Shown here in pieces: positions 16,539 to 25,200 of a stretch of 64,000 nt of DNA (positions are counted from its first letter, which is position 1; every line of letters starts with the position of its first letter). Location: NCBI RefSeq assembly GCF_000737315.1, contig NZ_JMCB01000010.1, forward strand, positions 261,942 to 325,941, read 5' to 3'. The position numbers and the translations under genes were made by a program. A model generated the notes under the pieces. That model saw nothing but the letters and a program-made list of their open reading frames with translations, was not told the origin of the DNA and made no database searches. This DNA comes from Hyalangium minutum (GTDB lineage: Bacteria; Myxococcota; Myxococcia; Myxococcales; Myxococcaceae).

Positions 16539-19500
16539 TGGCTCCCTGGATCACGACGCGCAGGCCCTCGCCACGGCCGCGAACCTCCTCGCGGTACATC
16601 TGCTCGGCATAGGCCGCGGGATGAACGAACGAGCCCTCCGTCGCCGCGCGGACGCGGAAGTGGAACGTATGGGTGCCCTTGGGCAGTTGCAGGAAGTAGT
16701 AGCGGACCTCGTGGTCCAGCCGCTGCACGTACGCCGGTGAGATCGAGTCCTCCTGAGAGGGCTTCGCGTCCGAGCCCGCGTTCTCGAGCGCGGGGTTGAG
16801 CGGCTCGAGCCCCGCGGCGAATGGCACCACGAACGCGACATGAGGCCGCGCCTGATCGTTCACCAGCTGCGCATGGATCTCGAGGATGTCCCCCACCTTC
16901 AGCGTCTGCGTCTCCCCGGCCTTGTCCTGGAAGCGGGTCTGGTCCGAGCCATCCGCGTGCAGGTGCGTCGCGCCGCGGGAGACGAGGAACCCGCGCTGGA
17001 TCGACGTCACCTTGTCGCCCGACACGGCAGGCACGTACTGGTACGCAACGCGCACCCCCACAGGCCCGCCCGTCACCGTGGCCTCCAGCGGCTTGTCCGA
17101 GACAATGGAAGCCTTCGCCGTCTTGGTCTCCCCGTTCACGGTGAGCGTCTTGCCGGACGAGAGGGCGATGGTGGAGTTGGGCACGTTGGGCTTGGCGCGC
17201 TCCAGGTAGATGGCCAGCGCGGCGATGGCGCGCCGGTTCTCATAGGTGCTGGGGAAGCCCTTGGTGGCGTTGGCGTAGGAGAGCAGCGCGTCTCTCACCA
17301 GATCGTGCCGGGGATCGGTGGGGTCCAGCCGCAAGAGGGCCTCGAAGACGGCGGCGACCATGGCGGGCTCGGACGAGAGATAGCCATAGCCCCAGTAGTT
17401 GCGGCCCTGCTTGATACCCTCGAAGACCTGCTTGCCGCGGCTGAGCTTGATGATCACCCGGTCCCACAGCTCGCTCTTCAGCGCGTCCAGGTTGGTCCGG
17501 TAGACCTTCGGCTGCAGCGACATGGCGCTGGCCAGGTCCGCCAGCGCCATTGCATCCATGTGCTCGCGCTCGTGGAACAGCCCGACGAGGTAGTGCTCGT
17601 CCATCGAGCCAGCCCAGGAGAGCGCCCGGAGCGCGGAGACCTGCTGGTTGTAGCGCCAATCCGGGATCAGCCCTGGGTAGTCACTGCGCAGCACGCGCTG
17701 GAGCGATGCGGTCGCGCGCTCCAGGAGCTTCCCGTCCACCGGAATTCCGGCGCGCCGGGCGGCCTGCAGGAACTCCACCGCCTGAGACGTCACCTGCACA
17801 TCGCCAGGGCCGCCAGGCCAGAACGCGAACAGGCCGCTCGAGTCCTGATAGGTGGGCATCTCCTCCTGGAGCCGCTTCACGTGGAGGCCGAGCTGCTTCG
17901 TGAACGGGGTCTCCACGCCGAGCTGCTTGAAGAGGAGGCTCTGCACCACGTCCGGGTAGAGCTTCGACATCTTCTGCTCGAGGCAGCCGTGCGGGTACGC
18001 CGCGAGGTACTCCACACCCGAGAAGAGCTCGAGCACGCCTGGGATGGACGAGGCGACCACCTCCTGGGAGGCCGTGCCGGGCCGGGTGGGCTCGGGGATG
18101 GCCTTCAGCGCCGTCTTCCCCGCCTTCAGCGTGTCGAAGTATGCGAACTGCTCGGCGACGCGATCAGGGAGCACGGGCAGCTGCACCTCGAACGCGTCCC
18201 CAGCCTTGTCGGCCTTGCGCTCCACATCCACGCGGACGGTGAGCGTGTGGGGCTTGGACACGTCCGCCTCCTTCACCTGGATGGGTGTGACGAACGACAT
18301 CGCCTTGTTGAGCTGCAGCTCCACGGCCTGGTTGAAGGGCCTGGCCTCCACCGGCCCCGAGAGACGGATGCTCACCGCGCCCGGGCCGCCGTTGCCCTCG
18401 ACGACGCGCCCCACCGCTCCGCCCCAGAACCGGTCGCCCTGGCGGACGAAGCGCGGCAGCTGCGGCTGCACCAGCACTGGCAGCCGCACCTTGAGCGTCT
18501 GCTGCTTGAACCCGAACCGCTGTGCCCCGGACGCCGCCACCGCGCGCACTCGGAAGTTGGTCAGGTCATCCGAGAGCGGCACCTCCACCGTGAGCCGGCC
18601 AGACGCAGGCACCTGCACGGTCGCCTGGTAGTAAGGCACGGTCTGGAAGTTCTTCCGCACGATGCGCTTGCCGCTCATCACATTGGCCTCTTCCTCGTCG
18701 CCATCGCCGCCCGGATCCTCCTGCTCGAAGAGCTTTCCCACCAGGCTGTTGCGCGTGTCCCTCAACGTGGTGCCCCGGGCGTTCCGGGTGATGAACGCGC
18801 TCAGCGGATCCAGCGGACCTTCGGGCGCCAACGAGAGCACGGCCTCGTCCACGAGCCACAGCGTCACCTCGCCCGCCAGCGGCGCGCCCTTCTCATCCTT
18901 GAGCGACAGCTCCACGGGGATCTTCGTCCCAGGCCGCGCCGTGTCCGGATGCTTGAGGTCCACCAGCACTTGATTGCGGATGGGCTCCACCTCGATGTCG
19001 ATCGACGCCCCGAGCGTCTGCGGCCGGTACCGGGCGTCCTCCGTCTTCCCCTCCCCCAGCCGGCCACGCATGAGCGCCACGTGCACGGCGATGTTCGGAA
19101 CGTGGTTGCCCTTGATGGGCAGCTCGTACACCGCCTTGCCGCCGGAGACCTCGCGCCAGGTGTACGTGTTGCCGCCCGGCTCCTCGACAACGACCAGCGC
19201 GCGGCCCTGCTGGAACGGGCTCTGGATGATGATGCGCGCGGTGTCCCCCGGCCGGTACTTGGGCTTGTCCGTGGCCAGCTCGAAGACGCCCTGGCGCGGC
19301 TTCTTCCACGCCATCGGCGTCTGCCCGCCCACATACAGGTCCGCCGAGAGCGTCTGCACCCGGCCCAGCTTGTCGCGGGCGACCAGCTCCACCACGTACA
19401 CGCCCGCCTCCTTGAGCCCGAACGTGGGCGACACTGGCTGCATGTCCGTCGTCACCACCTGCTCGCTCAGCTTCACATCCTCCTGCTCCGTCACGTACCG

Positions 19501-22272
19501 GGCGTCGCCGGTGGCGAAGTGCGTCTCGCGGAGCTGGCTGTGCCAGACGCGCCGGAACAGCCGCACCGTCACCTCCTGGCCCTTGATGGACTTGTCATCC
19601 ACGCCCACGGCGACGATCTCCGGCTTCAGCTCGAAGGGCTTGTCCGAGTAGCGCGGCAGCTTCATGCCCAGCACGAAGGGCGGCAGCGCCTTCACCTCCG
19701 TGACGGCGGACACCGGCTGGTTGTCCGCGCCCGTCACCGTGGCCTCGAAGCGGTAGACTCGGGCGCTGCCGTCCAGGTCCAGCGCCGGGTTCACCTGGAT
19801 CTCGTCCGCACCGCCCTCGTCCAGCTCCGCGTTCCGGCGGATGCTCTCCGGGGCGCGGCTCTGGCCCTCGCGGGCGAACTGGGTGCTCGACGCGAAGAGG
19901 AACCCCTCCCGGCCCTTCGGCACGTAGTAGTGCGGCCGGCGCGTCACCGTCCACGCGATGGGCTGCCCCGCGACGTTGCCGCCCGCGTAGTAGCGCGCCA
20001 CCGCCTTCACCTTGAACGGCGCGTCCAGCCGCACGGTGCTCGCCGCCGAGAGCTGCACCTCGAACTGCGGGACGCGGTAGGCCTCGATCTGGAACGAGCG
20101 CCGGGCCACCTCGGTCCCCGTGCGCGTCCCCACCAGGACGGCGTGGAACTCTCCCGTAGGCACGTTCTTTTCGTCGAACTCCGCGGAGACGCCCAACGCC
20201 GAGACCTTCGTCTCCAGCTGCCAGTGCTGATCCCCTGGCCCATCGACCCGCACCACATAGTCCTCGAGGTCTCCAGCGAGCCGCAGCTCTCCTCCGACCT
20301 TCCGCCGCGCGAAGCCCTTGATAAAGACCTTCTCACCGGGCTTGTAGATGGGCCGCTCGGTGAAGATGAACCCGAGCAGCGCATCGTTCCGAGGCGGAGG
20401 GATTTGCTGGCCAATCCACTCGAGGAACCCGGACGACGGGGACCAGTGGTTCTGCGCGAAGGCGGCGGGTGGCTCGCGCGGATCCAACACGAGGATGTCT
20501 TCACCGCTCTGGACCGAGATGCGCTTGATGCTCTCCCAGTCCGTCTGAGGCCCCAGCATCGCACGCCCGCCCTCGTCCGTGGTGAGCGGCAGCGCGAACG
20601 GCACGGAGATCGTCCCCCCATAGTTCTTCGGATCTGGTGCGCGGCGCATGCCTTCAATGACGATCTTCGCGCCACGGATCTCGCGGGCCTCATCCAGGCT
20701 ACGAACGAAGAACAGGGCGCGTTCGCGCTCCTCTACCGCCGTGAGAGAGAGGTTCGTCACCTGCACGCGGACATAGGCCCGCTCGGGCGCCCCCGTGAGC
20801 CGACGCAGGCCCACGAGGTACGAGCCCGGACGCTGGCGGCCCACGGCCTCATCCAGCAGGGGTCCCAGATCGAGGCCGAACGCCGTCGTCCCACTCTTGC
20901 TCGCGAGCGGCAGGTCCACCACCCGGGAGATCAGCGGCGAGCCCAGCAACCGCACATGAGCCTGCAGCTCTTCCGCTCCGATGTAGCCCGCGGTGTTGGC
21001 GGGCGTGGACGGCTCCTCCCCCGGGAACGGCGGCGCACTCTCCTCGTTGATGACAACGGGGCGCGCAGGAAAAGGCCAGAGGCCCTCGTGGAGCGGATCG
21101 ATCCGGTAGATGCGCACGTCCGCACGCGCATCCCCGTAGCCCTGGAGCGGCAACATCCGAGGCCCCTTGGACTCGATGATCGCCTGCGACTGGCCCCAGC
21201 GCAGGAACGGGGCCTTCCACCCGAGGTGGAAGAACACCTTCACATCCCCGGGATCGCGCAGCGGGCGGCCGCTGTCGTCCCGGATCGGCGCGGAGGCGAT
21301 CCGCATCTGGTAGAGCGTGTCCGGGACGAACTTGCCGCGCAGCGCAACGCGGCTGCCGTAGCTCTCGAAGTGCATGTCCGGCACGGCGGGCTCCAGGCGC
21401 ACCAGCTTCTTGAGCGCGGTGAGCGTCAGGTCCTGCACGTTCGCGGAGAAGACGAGCTGCGGCAGATCACCCTGGTTGCCACACGAGAGCGCCATGTCCC
21501 GAGGCACCGAGGCCCCACCCACCAGCGCGAATGTGGCGGAGCTGCACTGGACGGACTGGAGGTGGAACGCGGGACGGGTGGACAGCCGGCCCGTCCAGAG
21601 CATCTTGTCCTCGTCCCCGAGCGCCAGGCTCACCGTCACCCGGAGCTGCTTGCCCTCGGGCACGTCCTCGTCGAGCGTGACGGCGTAGACAGCCGGGCTG
21701 CGCTGGTTGTCCCGAGGCAGCTGCGAGAGGTTGAAGTCCTTCACCACCCGCGTGGGCGAGTCGGCCAGCCCAGGCAGGTCGCGGATCTCCAGCTTGAGCA
21801 TCTGCTTGAGCGCGGCGAGCGGCAGCGGCTGCGGGAACGTGAGGGTCAGCGTGCGAAACGGCCTCAGGTCCGTGCTGCCCGCGTGGGGAGCCATGGTGGA
21901 CGGCGCGGACATCATCGTCGTCAGCACCTTGCGCGCGCCGCGGGTCTCGAAGGCGAAGCGCTGCAGCGGAGGCCACGGCTCGGCAGGCCGGAACTGGAGC
22001 GTCTTCTTGTCCGCCCAGAAGTACTGGCCGGGCCACGAGGGTGTGATCTTCAGCAGCTTCGCCCCGTCGTCCGCCGGACGCTTGCCGGGGCCCTCGTTGT
22101 CGGGGAAGTACACGGTCACCGGGTCGAACCCGCGCAGGAACTGCTCGGGGAGGATCCGGGTGGAGCCGCCCTCGGGACGCTGGCTCTCGTCAGCAGGGCG
22201 GTAGTCCTGGGCCGCCGCGGGGAAGACCGCGAGCAGGACCAGGAGCATGGTGGCTCTCGGGAAGACGGACAT
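16528..22272 (-). CDS. Bacterial alpha-2-macroglobulin with intact thioester motif
   Basis: FIFTERPIYKPGE (MG2), DDLTNFRVRAVA, YPHGCLEQ (CxEQ at 17974-17985), C-terminal AATEGSFVHPAAYAEQMY; start reassigned to MSVFPR at 22272 (TGATG overlap); paired with pbpC. Confidence 0.93.
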   Translation of the reverse strand: MSVFPRATMLLVLLAVFPAAAQDYRPADESQRPEGGSTRILPEQFLRGFDPVTVYFPDNEGPGKRPADDGAKLLKITPSWPGQYFWADKKTLQFRPAEPWPPLQRFAFETRGARKVLTTMMSAPSTMAPHAGSTDLRPFRTLTLTFPQPLPLAALKQMLKLEIRDLPGLADSPTRVVKDFNLSQLPRDNQRSPAVYAVTLDEDVPEGKQLRVTVSLALGDEDKMLWTGRLSTRPAFHLQSVQCSSATFALVGGASVPRDMALSCGNQGDLPQLVFSANVQDLTLTALKKLVRLEPAVPDMHFESYGSRVALRGKFVPDTLYQMRIASAPIRDDSGRPLRDPGDVKVFFHLGWKAPFLRWGQSQAIIESKGPRMLPLQGYGDARADVRIYRIDPLHEGLWPFPARPVVINEESAPPFPGEEPSTPANTAGYIGAEELQAHVRLLGSPLISRVVDLPLASKSGTTAFGLDLGPLLDEAVGRQRPGSYLVGLRRLTGAPERAYVRVQVTNLSLTAVEERERALFFVRSLDEAREIRGAKIVIEGMRRAPDPKNYGGTISVPFALPLTTDEGGRAMLGPQTDWESIKRISVQSGEDILVLDPREPPAAFAQNHWSPSSGFLEWIGQQIPPPRNDALLGFIFTERPIYKPGEKVFIKGFARRKVGGELRLAGDLEDYVVRVDGPGDQHWQLETKVSALGVSAEFDEKNVPTGEFHAVLVGTRTGTEVARRSFQIEAYRVPQFEVQLSAASTVRLDAPFKVKAVARYYAGGNVAGQPIAWTVTRRPHYYVPKGREGFLFASSTQFAREGQSRAPESIRRNAELDEGGADEIQVNPALDLDGSARVYRFEATVTGADNQPVSAVTEVKALPPFVLGMKLPRYSDKPFELKPEIVAVGVDDKSIKGQEVTVRLFRRVWHSQLRETHFATGDARYVTEQEDVKLSEQVVTTDMQPVSPTFGLKEAGVYVVELVARDKLGRVQTLSADLYVGGQTPMAWKKPRQGVFELATDKPKYRPGDTARIIIQSPFQQGRALVVVEEPGGNTYTWREVSGGKAVYELPIKGNHVPNIAVHVALMRGRLGEGKTEDARYRPQTLGASIDIEVEPIRNQVLVDLKHPDTARPGTKIPVELSLKDEKGAPLAGEVTLWLVDEAVLSLAPEGPLDPLSAFITRNARGTTLRDTRNSLVGKLFEQEDPGGDGDEEEANVMSGKRIVRKNFQTVPYYQATVQVPASGRLTVEVPLSDDLTNFRVRAVAASGAQRFGFKQQTLKVRLPVLVQPQLPRFVRQGDRFWGGAVGRVVEGNGGPGAVSIRLSGPVEARPFNQAVELQLNKAMSFVTPIQVKEADVSKPHTLTVRVDVERKADKAGDAFEVQLPVLPDRVAEQFAYFDTLKAGKTALKAIPEPTRPGTASQEVVASSIPGVLELFSGVEYLAAYPHGCLEQKMSKLYPDVVQSLLFKQLGVETPFTKQLGLHVKRLQEEMPTYQDSSGLFAFWPGGPGDVQVTSQAVEFLQAARRAGIPVDGKLLERATASLQRVLRSDYPGLIPDWRYNQQVSALRALSWAGSMDEHYLVGLFHEREHMDAMALADLASAMSLQPKVYRTNLDALKSELWDRVIIKLSRGKQVFEGIKQGRNYWGYGYLSSEPAMVAAVFEALLRLDPTDPRHDLVRDALLSYANATKGFPSTYENRRAIAALAIYLERAKPNVPNSTIALSSGKTLTVNGETKTAKASIVSDKPLEATVTGGPVGVRVAYQYVPAVSGDKVTSIQRGFLVSRGATHLHADGSDQTRFQDKAGETQTLKVGDILEIHAQLVNDQARPHVAFVVPFAAGLEPLNPALENAGSDAKPSQEDSISPAYVQRLDHEVRYYFLQLPKGTHTFHFRVRAATEGSFVHPAAYAEQMYREEVRGRGEGLRVVIQGANEH

Positions 22273-25200
22273 CACGGGTTCACTCCAATCCGCTGGAAGA
22301 AGTTGCGCAGGTACTCCTCGGGGACGTCGGCCTTGGCGCCGGCGAGCCCCACGAGGACGGGCTTGAACTTGAGGGGACGCGCCGTGGAGGGCGCGTGGAC
22401 GGCGAGCAGGTAAGCGCCCTTGTCGAGCTGCAGGAACTGCTGACAGCCCTCGCCGAGCACGCGCTGCTCCAGATCGAGCACGCTGCACTCGAGCAGCTCG
22501 GCGGGCACCTGGAGCCCGAGGCCGATGCGGCCAGGGGACTCCGTGGAGAACCGGAAGAAGCGTGTCTGCGAGGGCGAGATCCAGCTCTCCTCGCTCGCCA
22601 CGCCCTCCTTCAGCTCCTGGATGAGTTCCTGGGTCCAGCTGAGGTGGCCGGAGAGTGTGCGATCCGCGAAGCCGCGCACGGCCAGGCGGTAGTTGCCGGG
22701 CTTGAGCACCTCATCCAGCGCGCAGCCCTTCTCGCTGCCCTGGACCCGGATGGGCGTGCTGTCCTGGACGATGCCACACACGCCCGAGTCCGACCGGACA
22801 TGCACCACCGCCTCGGACACGAGCGTGAAGGAGCGATCCACGCGGGAGCCGCTCAGCTTGAGCGCCTGGGCTGGGGGCAGAACCGGCGACTGGGCCGAGA
22901 AGCTCCCCAGGGCAGCGCTCAGCAGCTCGGTGGGCGGGGTAAGCACAGCGCGGACACCTCCAATGCCCAGGTCCACCACCGACTCTCCAGAGCGGCCCGG
23001 CGGGATCCGGGTCTCGCAGCCCTCCAGCCGGGCTCCATTGTCGAGCGTCGTCACACAGCGAAGCGCGCCCGTGATGCTCAGCAACCGAGGTGCAGGCTGC
23101 GCATTGAACACGAGGCGCTGCTGCGAGGGTCTGGTGCTCACCGCCTCGAACAGGCGATCCAAGGTCTCGCGGCGCGGCGTGGGATCGATCGAGACCAACT
23201 CGGACTGCACGCGCTGTTCCTCGGGAGCGTAGACGAAGAGGGAGCCTCCCTTGCCCGTGAGCACGCAGGCCGCGAGGCTCGAAGCGGGCGCGCAGAGATC
23301 CACCGCCCTGCCCTGCTCATCCACCTGCACGGCCCAAGCACTCTTCGGCAGGGTGAGCTGTACCCGCGAAGGCGTCGACAGCATGCGCAGCTCGATCGCT
23401 GGCCCCTGAGACCAGACGAAGTTCTGCCCCCCCTGCTGCAGCGAGGCCACGACCGAGGGAACGGGCACCGAGAGCCGCATCAGGGACGCATCACTCGGGC
23501 TGAAAGCGGGCGTCCACCACCGTGCCAGGGACTGCTGGGTGGGCCCCGTGGCCGCCACGCACATGAAGTCATCCTGACGAGCCGTCCCGCCCACGAGTGC
23601 ACAGGCGGGGTTGCTCCGGTCTCCCACCTGCACAGTGGCCTGGAAGAGGTGCAGCGCGGAGGCCTTGCTCGACTGTCGCAGCAGCGAGACGTCGCGGGTG
23701 AGGCGGGCGCGCTCCGTCTTGGGGCTGTCGATCGCGTCCACCACCTCGCTGAGCTTCAGCGCGGTCTCCTGCGTCCCGGCGCCACTGAAGATCCACTCGC
23801 CCGCCTCCAGGGAGACCTCATCCGCGCAGTTCCGCAGCGCCCCCTTCTGGCCCGAGGGCAGGCAGTACACTCCCGCGCCCGTCTGATAGCGGCCGGGCTG
23901 TGGAATCTTCGCCAGCACCGCCGCTCCCGCCGGAATGCTGCCGCCGGAGGAGGAGGCCAGCGTGCGAGTGACCAGTGAGGCCGTCACCTGGGCGCTGCTG
24001 TCCATCGTCCACACGCGCACCCGCCAAGCAGCACCGCCGGGCCGGACGAGCAGCACGCACTCGCGCGTGTCGAGCTGCCGCGTGACAACCGCACCCTGGT
24101 CATCCTCGAGCGCGCAGGCAATGGCCGTCTTGGAGCGAAGCGTGAGCTCCTGCACCCCGTCCCCCGCCACCGCGGGGAGCATGGCGCGCTGCACGCCCGC
24201 ATCCAGCTTGAGCGCCATCGGGTCCGCGAGCGTGCCTGCATCCGTCATCTTCGCCACCGCGACCGAGACGCGCGTCGGGCCGGGCTGCTGCGTCTGGCTC
24301 TCGAGCACCAGCGTGTAGTCCCCGGCGGCGAACGGCTCGGCGATCGCGCAGTTCCAGTCCGCACCACGGTCAGCGTTCTCCACGACCAGGCGGCCCTCGC
24401 TGTCGAAGATGCGGCAGCGGACGTCCGTATCGCCTCGCGTGGAGAGCCGCAGCGTGCCCTCGGCCGGCAATCGCAAAGGGAGCCGGTCGGGCACATTCAC
24501 CACGCGGACCACCCCAGGCACCAGGACATCGACACGGAGGTAGAGGGCATAGGTGATCGCCACATCACCGCGGCTGTGCTCGGTGATCAGCCGGTACGTT
24601 CCCGGCTGCAGCTTCAACGTCCTGCCCGCAGGCGCGGGGGCATCGGTCTCCGGCAGTGGTCCCTCAGAGGAACTCGAGGATTCGTCAGGCACCTCCTCGG
24701 CGTAGGACGGCTCGGGTGGCGGCGCCTCCTCGTAGCTCTCCTCGGACGAACCCTCTCCCTCTTCCCCTTCCTCGGACGTGGGCTCCGGTGGCGGCACATC
24801 CGTGCGAACCCGAGGCATCGTCACGCCCTGCGGACGCGTCAGGTCCGGCGTCATCGGGGCGATCGTCTCCACCGGCTTGAGCTGGTTGTCCGCACCCACC
24901 CGGTAGAGGCGCCCCTGCATCCCGTGCGTCAGCGCGAAGGCGACGTCCACCGGTGCGGGGAGCTCGAACGAGAACTCGTCCTTGCCATCCTTGCCCAGCT
25001 CCACGCGAGACCAGGCGTTGAACGGCAGCGGGTGCATCTTGTTGCCCTTGAGCGTCACGGTGGGCCGCACCCGCTCGAGCGACGTGCGCCGCATGCTCTC
25101 CACCGTGAGCGGGAGCTGCGTCCAGAGGTAGTTCCCGGACGCGAGCCTCATCGTGCTCGTGCAGGGCGAGGGAATGGGCACCACTGGCCAGCCCTGCGGA

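Noticed and set aside
16840-22413. 1857-aa plus-strand ORF antisense to the A2M gene (similarly 22395-23978, 37280-40063, 49254-53087, 59408-60940)
   Set aside because: Shadow ORFs: GC-rich codon bias on the real strand suppresses stops in the antisense frame. The translations are Arg/Gly/Leu/His-rich with no motifs, while the opposite strand has clear family motifs.
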